Assembly (NCBI RefSeq): GCF_000143415.4
Contig: NW_003314298.1
Span: 434,001 to 498,000, forward strand
DNA: 64,000 nt
Direction of reading: 5' to 3'
Origin: Selaginella moellendorffii
Taxonomy: Eukaryota > Plantae > Lycopodiophyta
Shown: piece after piece, positions 37,621-51,575 of the stretch
Position numbering within the stretch: the first letter of the stretch is position 1
Layout of the letters: every line of letters starts with the position of its first letter
Made by a program: the position numbers and the translations under genes
Notes under the pieces: generated by a model
Database searches by the model: none
Seen by the model: only the letters and a program-made list of their open reading frames with translations
Told to the model about the DNA's origin: nothing

Positions 37621-38699
37621 GAGAGAAAAGAAGCCGTCTTGTCTTCTATGATGGGAAGCTCATACCTGCAGAAGAAAATGTTTATCTCTTACTCTTCTCA
37701 CGTCCTAGAAAAAATCTCTACAAGCATCAGTCACATCTAAAACAGAGAATGGATCAATCACTTAGGAAATGCACAAGTGATGAGGAATCCAGCGCGGGGA
37801 TGATCCACCACACCAGTGTATGAGCACTGGACAAGGAGATATTTCCAAGCATCGCTACAAGAAAAAGAGTTCCTTCTAAACATCGCGACAAGGGATCTAC
37901 TGGACCATCGCTTGTGGCGTGGATTCTGCATCGATGCTCGCTTTTGCTGCAACAGGGATGACAGTAGAGGATGAAGAGCACGAGAAATCGAGACCAGGCT
38001 TGTTTTTAGCTTCCTCGGCTTCTTCAATTTGAGAGAAAATGGCGCTTCAGGAGCCGAATCTGCGAGGAAGTAGAGGAGAGAGACAGATCATCTTCATGAA
38101 CCCTAAAATCCCTCCCTCTAGAACCATAAATTTTGTTCGACCGCGTCCGACCAGGATCCCGACCGCCGCCGAACGCGGTCGGACAACTCCGTTCGGTGAT
38201 TCCAATATTCCAATGGCAATCGCACTCGCAGGGGCTAGATTTCCGATGCTGTTGCCCTGGATCACCACTGCATCTCCACCGCTTTGCTAGTTCTCCTGCT
38301 GCTCCGCTATGGAGCGATCCATCCACGAATGCTCAGCAAGCCTACATCGAATCTGACGAAAAGGACTATAGGAGCTGCGTCAGTAACTCCACTTCCTGCC
38401 AGGCCTATGCAGCGTACTGAGCTCTCCAGGGCGACATCTGCAGTCGGTTGGCCTCTGCTTGTATAATTTGTGCCCTAAAATGGAAATTCAAATGAGAGGA
38501 AGATGTTTACTTTTACTAGTATGGTTTTATTAAAAATGTTTTTTTTAATCAAAAAAAATTATAAATTGTCATTCACCATTGATAATTAGCAAGTTAGTTA
38601 ATTACTATTCAAAATAATCAAAATTAACCTTATTAATGTCACAATTAAATGCAAGGACCAAAGCCAATTGTCACTTCTCTGGCATAACCTTTGTGCTTT

Positions 38700-40036
38700 T
38701 CTCCCAAGCTCTTGTGCAGATCTAAAGAGCATTGCGACCCAGGTGGAGAAGGGCTTGATGTGGAATGTGATGGATATGCCAAGGTCTTCTCTTGCCGCGT
38801 TTGTCAAGTATGTCATGTCACCGATGCGGACTCAGTGCTCCAGTTTGTGAACTGGCAGTTGTTTTTCTCTTCTGGTGTTCGTTTCTTCGACTTCTCTTGT
38901 TCCATTTGCAGCAGGTGGAGGATGGAAGTTGATATGCCACCGCAAGTTTCCAATAAGCCGAGCGTTCTCCCGGAGCTGGAAATGTTTTGCTACCTCGTTG
39001 TTCTCATCTACTTATCGATCAGAGACAGTATAAGCAGGTGAGCACTTTCATTTTTCTTCTAGCCAGCTGGATTTCTAATCTTGTTCCATAGGCGAAATCT
39101 TGCGCAGATGAATGAGATTGCAACAGCTAAACCGGCGGACTCCCCTCGACACTACTACTCACTTTGTAGCTACGAATGCATCGATTCACTGGCTGAGACT
39201 CGAGGGTATTTGATGTATTCAAATAATCAAATGGTTTCCAGGGCACTTCTTTCTCACACTTCGTCACGACGAGCTGCGACAGGTTCTGTTTTTTTTCGAT
39301 TCAGTATATGTGGAGGCCCCTTCGAAAGAACAATGCGGTGTTTGATTTGGTGCTGTTACCACGCGCGCTGGGACAGGATAACGTTGCTTGTACTTACCAC
39401 AGGCCCGTTCTCGAGGCTACGATCAAGGCGCAGCAGGCTTGGAGAGAGCTGTTTTATAACAGTGGCCACCCCGACAACGATGAAACGCTGCTGGTTTTCT
39501 TTTTACCCCCGGATTCCTATCACGGCTTCAAGTTCCAGAAGTACCGATCATCTAGAAAGGTTTCTCAGAAAGCTGTCAGAGGTGAGTGATTTCATATGAG
39601 CAAGAAGTATGTGAAGTTACAGTTTCCTTCTTTAGGTGGCCGTGCCGGTATCTGGAAGTCCTTATGTAGAAGAGATGAGCCACGAGATGGATGTGGTTTC
39701 TCTAGATGCGAACTTGCCGGGGACTTGGGAAGAGGTTCTCGGCTGCATAGAGTCCAAGGAAACTTTTGAAGATCCACCGGAGAAATCACTTGTCCAAGAA
39801 AAGCTCCAATATTTGAAGAGGAAGTTGGCGATAGAGACGAGCTGGACGACTTGGAAAAGATCCGTGACATTGCAGATGGTAGGCTGAAGCGCAAACGTCT
39901 TCAATCACTGTGCAAGATGCACAATATCAGAGCCAATACCACCAACGACGAGATTCTGTTTGATCTGGCTGATCTCTGGCAAAGCTCTTGTTCTATATTT
40001 GTTTCCTCTCTAAGAACTATGGCTGCTTATGCTTAA
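38700..40036 (+). pseudogene. Decayed gene with a Crinkler-type REase-like segment and a C-terminal SAP-like motif
   Basis: YMWRPLRKNNAVFDLVLLPRALGQDNVACTYH...LVFFLPPDSYHGFKFQKY; LKRKRLQSLCKMHNIRANTTNDEILFDL; short introns; frameshifts. Confidence 0.4.
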
Positions 40037-40305
40037 CATTGATAAATTAGTCTAGCAATCTCGTGGAAAACCAAGAAAGAATGGTTGAGTACAAAGTCAA
40101 AAACAATGGCTAAGACTGGCTGAAGTCAGATTTGTTGATGACATACCTCTAGAATTTAGAACCCATATAGTTTACTGAAGAACTACGGAATCAGCAGGAG
40201 GTAGATTGGATGAAGAATGCTCAGCTAGCAATAATAAATGGTTCCATGACGGCATGCGTCCTCAGCCTGGATGAGAGCGATCAGGTACGCATTGCTATAT
40301 AATTT

Positions 40306-40605
40306 TTGTATCATCGTCTTGGATTCCTCGGCTTTTTTTTGCCAAACACTCTTGATTTAGTGGCAGCACGTGAAGAACAAACACTTTGCGAAGAGCTTGC
40401 AATGCCAGACGCATGCTATGTCGGCACGAGCTTTGTCTTTCTTTCCTTCTGTATTTCTTTCGCTTCGGTTTTTCTTCATCTACAGGAGTGGCTCCAACCT
40501 GGTGGCAAAGTTCCAGTTTTATGCTCCTGCAACACCACAGAGGTCACCTTGCACTACAGGCTTCCAGTTCTAGAAAGAGGCGGCTAAAGTGTTTTGTCTG
40601 GACAG
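40306..40605 (+). pseudogene. Inverted duplicate of the last HUS1 exons, including an intron
   Basis: KHFAKSLQC and KFQFYAPAT...VTLHYRLPVLERGG match the reverse complement of 32450-32770. Confidence 0.85.
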
Positions 40606-40654
40606 TGTACAATGGAAAAATCCAAATCACGATCATCTTCTGCTACGCCTCGTT

Positions 40655-41543
40655 GATAAAAACACAATGACCATCAATTTCAAAGCTCGCCACCAATGCA
40701 TCAGGAATCATCGAAGACAACTTCACGTCGGGAAATCACTCCATAGAACCAACTGCTGTCGTCTATGGATCGCTGTGGAGATTCGACCAGCAGGGACTTC
40801 CAGCTGACTTGATCGCCAGGTAAGATTTCTAGCTTGAAACTATCCAAACAAAAAGCAAACAATGATTTTTCCCAGCCAAAACCGAAAGCCAAGCACGGCC
40901 TAGACCTCCTCACTGAAGGCTGTCCCTACGCAGTGGATAGACTGAACCTCTGGAGTGCATTGAAGCAATGGGTGACAGATTACACAGACATTTTCTACAA
41001 GGACGATGCTTCAGTCAGGGATGACACTGAACTCTAGGCATGGTGGCAAGAAATAAGACAGTTGGATGGACAGACATGAACACAAAAGCAAACTTGACCG
41101 AGGCACTCACCACCGTGATTTGGATCCCCATCGTGCCACCACAACTTTGGCCAGTACGCATACACTGGATTCCCAGTGAACAGGCAGACCATCGCTCACA
41201 AGCTCATTCCTGACGAAGACAGGACACCGAAGAATATAAGCAGCTGCGAAGAAACGGGGAGAAATTCTACCTCTCACCCTCCAAAGCCGAGGCGACGTTG
41301 GTGATGACAACCATCGAGATCCTCTCCACGCATTCCTCCGACGAGGAGTACCTGGGCACGCGGCCGGAACACTGGACGAGCGACAAACGGGTGCTGGACG
41401 CATTCGAGCGATTCAAAGCCGAGACGGAGGCGGAAGTGATGGCAAGGAACGCGAAGAACCGCCGCGGCCTTTTCAATCTCCCCTACACGCTCCTTGCCGT
41501 GAGCTCGCCCCCGGGCACTGGCCGAAACAGCATCTCCATCTAG
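40655..41543 (+). pseudogene. LOX 3'-half pseudogene
   Basis: Collinear with about 36415-37388 including an intron; many small deletions and stops; ends RNSISI. Confidence 0.9.
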
Positions 41544-41653
41544 ATGAACCCTAAAACCCCAAATAGATCTAGTCGTATATTTAAATTTTCCCGCTCTAAG
41601 GATTAGGGTTCGTCATACTTTATTTATAATAGACACAATCTCCAAACTCTCAT

Positions 41654-43007
41654 CTAGTACGCCAAGAACTCGCAGATGAAGGGCTGATCCGCGTGCTCGT
41701 CGTTGCAATACAGCCCTGGATGCTGCTTGAATCCCTGCTTGGCCAGCAATTCGCGTACCGCGAGCACCAGATCCTTGTTCCCGATGCCTCGTCCATCGCT
41801 CTCGCGCAGCACGCTCTGGACGGCATTGCTGAGAGCACCGTAAGCACCCTCCTTGTTCCCCCCGGGCTTCGCATCCGCTGAGGTCTCATCCGATTGACAG
41901 CCGCTCACAAGCACCGCCATGTCCGATCTGCGACCCTGGTTCCCACTTCCAGCGTAGGCATCGTGTGGATTCGCGTGCGTTTTCACCGCCGGTGATGCGT
42001 ACTCCTCCCCCGATTCCTCGAGCTTTGTCTTGAGGAAATCCTGCGCGAGACCACCGATTGCTCCCCAGATCCCCCCCTGGCCTCCATCGTTCCCTCCGCT
42101 GCTCTGGAGCCTCTGGAAGAGAAGATTGACGAACTTCTTCACCTTGGGGCTGGCGTCCTCGCCGAAAACGTCGAAGAGCGTGGGTCGGATGTTGCCCACG
42201 CTCACGTCTTGCCTGCCGGTCTTCTCCTTGAGGAGATCGATGAACACCGACAGCGGCAGTGACTTGTTCTTGACGACGTCACCATTCTCGGTTTCTTCCT
42301 CGAGAACTTGCTCTTCTTCTTGGTCCTCTTGGCGACGGTGGCGGCTGCCCAGCTTGAATGGGAGCTTGATGCCGGATCGGCTCTCAAACGCGCTCTGGAC
42401 GCCCTGGAAAACGAGATTTCGGAATCCACCACCACGGCCACCTTGTTCTTCCTCTTCTGCGGAGTATGATCTTGATCCAGTGGAGCTATCGCCGACTTGC
42501 TCCTTGGCATTCTCGATCAATCCACCGCTGTGGCACGAATCCGAGACGAGCGTGATCCGGCATCCCTCCGGGAGCTTGTCAACCAAGTCGCGGAAATCAT
42601 CATCTAGAACAAGAAAAATCAAGTTTTTATCAAGATGCTAACGAAGGAAGAACTATCTTACCAGTGATCAAGTTCATGTCGCAAGGAACAATGCATTCGT
42701 CGTAGCCCGTATCATCCGGCTCGCCCGACTCGGCAGGAACTCGGACACCATGGCCACTATAGTGGAAAAAGAGGATATCGCCATCCTCGGTCCCCTCGAT
42801 GAGATTGGCAAGAGCTTTCCGGATGTTGGCGCCGGTGGGCTGGGTGCCCTCGGAATCGGTGTCGATGAGCACCACGATTTCATCCTCGGCGAAGCCAAAC
42901 TTCTCCACCAGGCTGCGATACATCCGCTTCACATCGTTGACACAGCCGTGGAGCTCGGCCTTGGTGCCGGGGTAATTGCAACCCACCAACAGCGCCCTCT
43001 TGCCCAT
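41654..43007 (-). CDS. Type II metacaspase, two exons
   Basis: [15 protein letters not shown]; catalytic HYSGHG and DSCHSG; long linker; C-terminal QHPGLYC...FIC. Confidence 0.95.
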
Positions 43008-43545
43008 GGATCGATCGATCCGCGAAGATCACTGCAAAGAGGAGGAACCCAGATGCGCAAAAGAGGATTTTTGTCTTAGGAAAAAGAGGAATTTTTCGCT
43101 GAGATCTAAGAATGCAGTATCGATTGTGTGGGGAGATCGAGATAGCACTTACCAGCGATGGGATCAATCGATCGAAGAAGGCCACTCCTTTTCTTTCCAG
43201 GACTGAGAAAGAAGATAAATACTCTCACATAGTGGCTATGGGCTATGGATTAACTAAATCCAAGTCTCGCTACTTTCTTTTCTAGCTAAAATCCGGAAGA
43301 GCGTGTTGTCGGTGACAGTTCCGTAGAGAGAATCTTTTCTCCGTACGAGAGCATTTTGGGGGAATATTCGTGCTTCTTCTACCTGGAGTGAAGCAAAAAA
43401 TTTCTCTAATGGAAGCTCTCCCTTTTTTCTAGTTAGGGTTTTAGCGGAAGGAAAAAAGGCTCCTTCCTTTGAGTGTCGCCAACGTTGACGTGACTTAATG
43501 TAGCCTCCAGATAGATATTTTAGGGCTCCTCTCCTTTGTGGCGCA

Positions 43546-46500
43546 ATGGCGCATCGTCTAGCAGCGCGATCTTCCTCCAGAGCCGCGATTCGGCGGCTGT
43601 GCGTGCGATTCTTCCACTCCAGCACCACAAGCAGCGGCGATCGATCGGCGCCGCGCCAGGTACTGAAATATCTCGAGGAATCGCAGCGGCGGCAGCCTTT
43701 TGGGGTCCGATCGCTGCCATTCCATGGCAGCCCGCGGTGGATGCAGACGGCCGCGGCGTCGGCGCCCCGGTCCGTGCCCCTCTCGCGCCTCACGGATAAT
43801 TTCCTCGATGGCACAAGCAGCGTCTACCTCGAAGAGCTCCAGAGGGCGTGGGAGGCAGATCCCAAGAGCGTGGATGAATCGTGGGACAACTTTTTTCAGA
43901 ACTTCACAGGGAAAGCGGCCTCCAGCCCGGGGGTGTCCGGCCAGACGATCCAGGAGAGTATGCGCTTGCTGCTGCTGGTGAGAGCGTACCAGGTCAATGG
44001 TCACATGAAAGCCAAGCTCGATCCACTGGGACTGGACGAGCGGGTTCCTCCTGAAGATCTCAACCCCGCGCTCTATGGATTCACAGAGGCCGATCTGGAT
44101 CGGGAGTTTTTCATCGGGGTGTGGAGGATGTCCGGGTTTCTGTCGGAGAATCGCCCAGTCCAGACTCTCCGCGCGATCTTAAAGCGACTCGAGCAAGCCT
44201 ACTGTGGGACGATTGGGTATGAGTATATGCACATCTCGGATCGAGAGAAGTGTAACTGGTTGCGGGAGAAGATCGAGCAGCACGTTCCTAGCAAGTATTC
44301 CAAGGAAAGGCAGATCACCATCCTTGATCGTCTCATCTGGGGGACAAAGTTTGAGAACTTCCTGGCACAGAAGTGGACGGCCAAGAGGTTTGGACTGGAA
44401 GGCTGCGAGACGCTTATCCCTGGCATGAAGGAACAAATCGATCGAGCAGCGGACCTGGGAGTTGAGAGCGTTGTCATCGGTATGCCTCACCGTGGCAGGC
44501 TCAACGTACTGGGAAACGTTGTGAGGAAGCCTCTGCGGCAAATCTTTAGCGAGTTTGCTGGGGGGACCAAGCCTGCCGAGAGTGGTTACAGTGGAAGTGG
44601 TGATGTTAAGTACCATCTAGGAACGTCCTACGATAGACCGACCAGGACAGGGAAGCACATCCATCTCTCGCTTGTTGCAAATCCTAGTCACCTGGAAGCT
44701 GTGGATCCGGTTGTGGTTGGCAAGACGAGAGCCAAGCAGTACTACTCGGACGACTACGAGAGGAAGAAGAACATGGCGATTCTTCTTCATGGAGATGGGA
44801 GCTTCTCTGGCCAAGGTGTGGTGTATGAGACGCTTCACTTGAGCGACCTTCCAAACTACACCACCGGGGGAACGATTCATATCGTCGTGAACAATCAGGT
44901 GGCTTTTACGACGGATCCTAGGAGCAGTCGCTCCTCGCCTTACTGCACGGACGTTGCCAAGGCCTTGAACGCTCCTATCTTTCACGTGAATGGAGATGAC
45001 GTTGAGGCTGTCGTCCATGCCTGCGAGCTGGCCGCAGAGTGGAGGTGCCAGTTCAAGGCGGATGTTGTGGTGGACATAGTTTGCTACCGTCGTTTTGGTC
45101 ACAATGAGATTGACGAGCCATCGTTCACTCAACCGAAAATGTATCAGGTAAGCACAATCTTTGTCTCGATTTTCTAGTGCTTGATGGTGTTTTTTTTTTT
45201 TTTTTTTTTTTTGCAGGTTATCAAAAATCACCCAACTTCATTGGAACTCTATGAGAAGAAACTCATCGAAAGTGGTCAGATCAGTGAGGAGACCGTGAAA
45301 AAAATCCATGACAAAGTGTATGGGATTTTAAGCGAAGAGTTCGAAAGCAGCAAAGACTACGTTCCTAAGACACAGGACTGGCTTGCGGCATATTGGTCAG
45401 GTTTCAAGAGTCCGGAGCAGTTGTCACGGTTAAGAAACACCGGGTAAGGCTAAATCATTTTGTCTTTCGTCTTCGTTTCTTACATGTGTTGGTGTTCTGA
45501 CTGCAGTGTTAAACCAGAGGTATTGAAAAATGTTGGCAAGAAAATCACCACTCTTCCTCCCTCGTTTACTGCGCATAGAGCGATCAAGAGGGTGTATGAG
45601 CAACGTGCGCAGATGATTGAGACGGGAGACGGAGTGGATTGGGCTACAGCTGAGGCATTGGCGTTCGCAACGCTTCTTGCAGAGGGGAACCACGTACGGT
45701 TGAGTGGCCAGGACGTCGAAAGAGGCACTTTCAGCCATAGACATGCCGTGGTACACGATCAAGAAACTGGTGAAAGATACTGCCCCCTTGACCACGTTGT
45801 GACCAATCAAAAGGAGGAGATGTTTACCGTGAGCAACAGGTATTTTCTCCAGCTATCTCTTGTTCTGGAGCTAACTAGTTTTTAATGCAGCTCGCTCTCG
45901 GAATTCGGAGTGCTTGGGTTTGAGCTCGGATATTCAATGGAAAACCCGAATTCGTTGGTGTGCTGGGAAGCTCAGTTTGGAGACTTCTCCAATGGTGCGC
46001 AGGTGATATTTGATCAGTTTTTGAGCAGTGGAGAAGCCAAGTGGTTGCGTCAAACGGGACTGGTGTGCATGCTGCCACACGGTTATGATGGACAAGGGCC
46101 AGAGCACTCGAGTGCGAGGCTGGAAAGGTTTTTGCAGGTTTGTGCTCTTGGTTTTTGCGTGACATTCTTTGACGCGATGGTCTTTTACCTTACAGATGAG
46201 CGACGACCATCCCTTCGTTATTCCCGAGATGGAAGTGTCTCTTCGGAAGCAGATCCAGGAGTGTAATTGGCAGGTTGTGAACGTGACGACGCCTGCAAAC
46301 TACTTCCATGTTCTTCGCCGACAGGTAAGCCGAGACGTGGCATTTGGTCCTCCTCTGTTCTAATAAACTTTTGTTTGATCGTGTCGGCAGCTCCATCGCG
46401 ACTTCAGGAAGCCACTCATAATTATGTCCCCGAAGAATCTCCTTCGCCACTCGTCATGCCGCTCGAATCTGTCCGAGTTTGATGACGTTCAGGGGCATCC

Positions 46501-47091
46501 TGGTTTTGACAAGCAGGGCACACGATTCAAGCGCCTGATCAAGGACAAGAACGATCACGGCACGGTGGAGCCAGAAATCCGTCGCCTGGTCCTCTGCTCT
46601 GGAAAGGTACATCTTTTCACTTTGGTTTGTGGCGGAAAACAAGATTTTTACTTCCATGTTGTCTGTGTTCTTCAGGTATACTACGAGCTCGACGAGGAAA
46701 GGGAGCGCGTTGGAGCAAAGGACGTGGCCATCTGCCGCGTAGAGCAGCTGTGCCCGGTTCCTTACGATCTCCTCCAACGAGAACTCAAGCGCTATCCAAG
46801 TAAGAAAGCTTGCGGGGTGATGATCGATTGATCGATTGATTGACGCATGGTTTTTTTCTTGTAGACGCGGACGTTGTGTGGTGCCAGGAAGAACCCATGA
46901 ACATGGGAGCCTTCTCCTACATTGCTCCTCGACTGGGAACGGCAATGCTGTCCGTCAATCGTGGAAGCTTTGGGGACATCAAGTACGTGGGAAGGCCTCC
47001 ATCCGCGGCCACTGCGACCGGATTCGCTGCAGTGCACAAGATGGAGCAAACCGAGCTCGTCCAGAAGGCTCTCCAAGCGCAAAAAATGTAA
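43546..47091 (+). CDS. Mitochondrial 2-oxoglutarate dehydrogenase E1 component, multi-exon
   Basis: Presequence; [32 protein letters not shown] (ThDP site), [39 protein letters not shown]. Confidence 0.96.
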
Positions 47092-47245
47092 AGCTAGCGA
47101 TTGTTCTTCCAGCTCACAGAATAAAACCCGCGAGAGAGATGATAACTTATAATCAATCACACCAATAAAACTATACACCATTTCCAAAAGACCATGAAAG
47201 GAGAGATTCTTTGAGCCCTAGGAAGGAGGAGCTTGGAAGTTTGCG

Positions 47246-48236
47246 ATGAGGACGATCACCCACGTCTTGTTCGACATGGACGGCCTTTTGCTCGGTAGCG
47301 TATGCTTTCTTCTCTGGATCAAAGAGAGTTTTTCTTTGTTTGATATCTTGCGTAGCACAGACACGGAGAAGTTCTACTCGGTTGTGCAAGAGAAAATCCT
47401 GTCCGGCTATGGCAAGAGCTTCACCTGGTCGCTCAAAGCCAAGATGATGGGAAAGAGAGCTGCCGAGGCCGCGGAGATCTTCGTCCACGACTCTGGCCTC
47501 GAGGGCATTCTCTCGCCTCGCGACTTTCTCACGCAGCGCGAAGCAATGCTCGAGGTTATGTTCCCCGAGAGCCAGCTTCTACCTGGTAAACCTCGAGCTC
47601 TCGTTCTTTCTCCAAGGATTTGTGTATGATCTTAAAAGCTTGCTAGGAGTGGAGAGACTTGTTGGCTACTTCCAATCTCAGGGGATTCCAATGGCCATAG
47701 CTACCAGGTTCTCTCTCAACTTGAGGGAGATCTAGCACGCCGTAACTTTGTGTCCAATGCAGCTCCCACAAGAGGAACTTTGATCTCAAGACGATCAACC
47801 ACAAGGAGCTCATCTCTCACATGCACCATGTCGTCGTCGGCGACGATCCGGACGTCAAGCTCGGCAAGCCGGCACCCGACATTTTCCTCGTGGCAGCTTC
47901 GCGGTTTCCGGTACGAAAGAAAGCTCTGGTTCTTCGATGACCAGTGGGTGATTTTGACACAGGATCCCAAACCCAGGCCTGAGAACGTTTTGGTTTTCGA
48001 GGACGCTCCTACTGGTGTTGAGGCTGCTCAAAGCGCTGGAATGTAAGCTCTAGATAGCTCTTCCCTCACATTTTCTTACATGAAGTTCTATGATAGCTCT
48101 TTGTTCTTCACGCAGGAGTGTTGTCATGGTGCCAGATCCAAACCTGGACAAGAGCCTCTGTGATCGAGCAGACATTATACTGGAAACTCTGGAGGACTTT
48201 GATCCCTCTACGTTTGGGATGCCTCCTTTCATCTAA
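47246..48236 (+). CDS. HAD-superfamily phosphatase (GPP/GS1-like; pseudouridine-5'-phosphatase family)
   Basis: FDMDGLLL|DTE, GKPAPDIFL, VFEDAPTGVEAA and DFDPSTFGMPPF. Confidence 0.88.
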
Positions 48237-48593
48237 AACTAGTCCTATATCAACACAAAGATAAGAAAAAAAGAGAGGTCATAGCAAAAAAGACCATAAA
48301 GTTCCAAGTTACATATCAAAAACTAGTAAGAAAAATGGAGAGAGATCATATATTGACTGTAGCAAAACAAAAACGGTGATGCCTCGATCGTAGCAAAAAG
48401 ACCATAAGGTTCGAGTAGGAAATCACACACCAAGATGAGAAAGAAAAAAAGAGAGATCACATAGCCAAAAAACCATAAGGTTATAAGCTATATACACAGC
48501 AACAACGCTTGGAACTTGCAAGATCTTTCGTTTTAGTACCACCAAACTCGGAGAGCTTTCGATCCTCGCAAACGCTGGAACTCACTCACTCTC

Positions 48594-51575
48594 TCACACG
48601 TAGTAAGTCATGCCCACCTCGATCAAGCAAATGTGGGGGATGCTCAGCGCCACCGTCGAGTTCCGGCAGTTCTTCCGCAAGAAGTTATACACCACGTCGA
48701 TGGCGAACTTCTTCACGAACGACGACGCCTTCTTCGCCTTGACGTACGAGTGCCCCAGCACGTACGCCACCCCGGCCTCCTTGGCCTCGATCAGCTCCAG
48801 CAGCTCCGCCTTGATGGACGGATCCATCTCCACCGCCGCCTTTGGCAGCTCGAACCTCACCCTCTTCTTGTTGTCCAGGCGAGGGAGCTCCGCCTCCTCC
48901 AGCTCTTGCTCCTCCAGCAGCTCCTTGCCGCTCGGCCTGTCCATCCGGAAGCTCACGGACTGCTGCGGCGGCGGCTCCACCTCCTCCAGCCCCGACGTGA
49001 CGAGCCTCATCGCTGCCCGCGACGGAGTTCCCACCACCGTCATCCTCCCATCCACGGACACCTCGGTGCTCGAGGGGATCCAGGGGTGCGCGTCCTCCAT
49101 CTGGATGAACTCGCCGATGTTGACGATGAGCATGTTCTCGAAGTCCTGGTCGTCCTGGTGGAGATCCTTGTAGCCGTATCTGAGAATGCACCTGTACATC
49201 CGGTACTCCTTGGGCCCGATCCTGCCGATGAGATACCGCTCCTGCGGTGGGACGTGAGGCACTGGCACGGACTTGATGCAGACGAAGACGAGGACTTGGT
49301 GAAACGCCGGGAGGTTTGTGACGAAGTGTGAGAAGATGGCGGGGACGCCGGTCACCAGCTCTGTGTATATCAGGCCTATTCCAGGAACTCGGACGATGCC
49401 AAGGCTCGGGCCCAGCGTGAGCAGCCACTTCATGGAGACTTTGTTTTGCAAGTCGAACTCGTACTTCTTGGAGGTGCCGTAGTGCCATATGTACATGACC
49501 GCCATGAATATCACCGCGAGGACCAACGGGACCCAGCCTCCTTCCCTGACTTTGATCAGTGCCGCTGATATGTAAAATGCCTCGATGGAGCCAAAGAAAA
49601 GGAGAAACGCAGCTGCCAGGAAGATGCTCTTCCTCCATACCATGACGATCACCAGTGACATGAGAAAAGTGGTGACGAACATAACCGTGACAACGGCCAA
49701 ACCTGAAAGGACAAAGATCAATCACGCATTGCAAGTGAACTGGAAACACACCATACCATATGCGTGGCCGATGAGGATTGTATTCCTGAATCCGAGTGTC
49801 ACGGCAAGGCAGAGAAGCAGGAGCATCCAGTTGACTTCGGGAATGTAAATCTGCCCGTAAATATCTTTGGATGTGTGGACAACTTTCACTCGTGGAAAGC
49901 AACCCAGAGATAGGCACTGCTTGATAATCGAGAAGGTTGCAGAAATGACTGCCTGGCTCCCAACAATGGACGCGAGCGTGGCAATGACGAAAACTGGCCA
50001 GTACACAGTTTCTGAAGAGATTGTCAAGGCATTAGACCACAAAGCACGTTTCAAAATTTTCTTACTCGGTATGGATTTGTAGAAACTCTTCAAAATGTCA
50101 TCGTGATTCTTGGAGAGATACGCCGCTTGTCCCATGTAGGCAAGAACAAGACAAGGATAGACTACACACGTGAACGCAATCTACGAAAATCGTGTGCCGT
50201 CAGGAAAAAGCACAGCATTCATACATCTCCAAACAAAAGTACCTTGACAGAGAGCTTGGAAAAGTGTCCCAAATCAGCAAACATCGCTTCCGTTCCTGAA
50301 AAGAACAGGAATTAAAAACACTCACTGGTGAGGCGGAGTGATGGTAAAGTGATGCGAAGCTTACCTGTGATACACAAGAGAATGCCCCCCAGAGAAGTCC
50401 AGCCTTCCACGCCCGTCTTTCGTAAAAAGTTGTACATGTAGTAAGGTGACAGAGCTCGAAAGATTCCGGGATTCCAGGCTGCGATGTTATAAACACCGAT
50501 TGCCGCAATACAGAACAGCCACGCTATCACGATGGGTGCGAAAATGAAGGCAACTCTATGCGTCCCAAAGTGCTGCAGCGCAAACAGCCCGATCAATATC
50601 AAGCACGCAATAATGTGGACCACGTCTGCAAAAGGACCCAAGACAATCGTGAGTGGCAAGTTGTGCGAGAGGGAATTCTACAAAGGAGAATTTTCGACGT
50701 ACGTTCATGGTGCTCGGTTTCTGTAGAATTGATTCCGGAAACAGCGGAAAGAACTGGAAAACAAAAGGAAAAAACAGTCAGCGTACGGCTTTGACAACGT
50801 TTTACGAAGGCCGGACCTGATATAGGTGGTGTAAGAACTCCATCGCCAATGACCATACACGTCCCGAGGAGGACTATCGCAAGAAGACTAATTCGAAGAT
50901 GTCTGTGCCTCTCGAGGAAAGCTTTGAATGGAACGCCTCCAGACTTTCTGTTGGTGCGCCCTCCTTCCAGCTTGTAGGTGGATAAATCCTCGTCCGCGGG
51001 CTGCTGGTTTGGTAAAAGGCTTAGCTTGGCATGGCGGCACAAGAGCGAATACAAGGCGAAAGTGCCACCTGATAACACAGACAAAGAACTTTAAAGTTAG
51101 ACTAGCCACGAAGAAGGAACGCTAAGAAAAAGAAGAAAAAAAACATGGAAAAAGCGAGCGAGAGAGCAAAGCTAACCTTCCCCATTGTCATCGGCATTCA
51201 TGACTATGAGAACATACTTGATGAACGGTAACAGCGTGAGCGTGTAGATGATGAAGGAGAGAACGCCCAAAATCTCCTCATCATTCTCGTTGAGCCGCAA
51301 TTTCCCGGAGAAGGTACTCCGATAAACGTACAGCGGGGACACGCTAAGATCGCCATACACCACTCCAAAGCTCTGGTATGTCAGGCACAAGAGCGCTCTC
51401 AGCGAATTCCCCTTCACGGCTTGCTGCAAACCAGAGATAGACAATGGAGAGATTTACTCCCACAAATCGATCGAGCGGCCACACGAACCTTGTAATTCGT
51501 TTGCAGCGTCGTCCCTCCCGCCGACGCCCCGGGAGCCGACGTCGCAGACTCCGGATCCAGACCCGCCGTCGACAT
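48594..51575 (-). CDS. KUP/HAK/KT potassium transporter, multi-exon
   Basis: [60 protein letters not shown] and C-terminal [10 protein letters not shown]; start [10 protein letters not shown] at 51575. Confidence 0.95.

Noticed and set aside
42030-42641. Long antisense ORF over the metacaspase
   Set aside because: Expected shadow ORF of a GC-rich coding exon.
48610-49917. 410-aa alternative-frame ORF and antisense ORFs over KUP/HAK
   Set aside because: Codon-bias shadows with no protein-like motifs.
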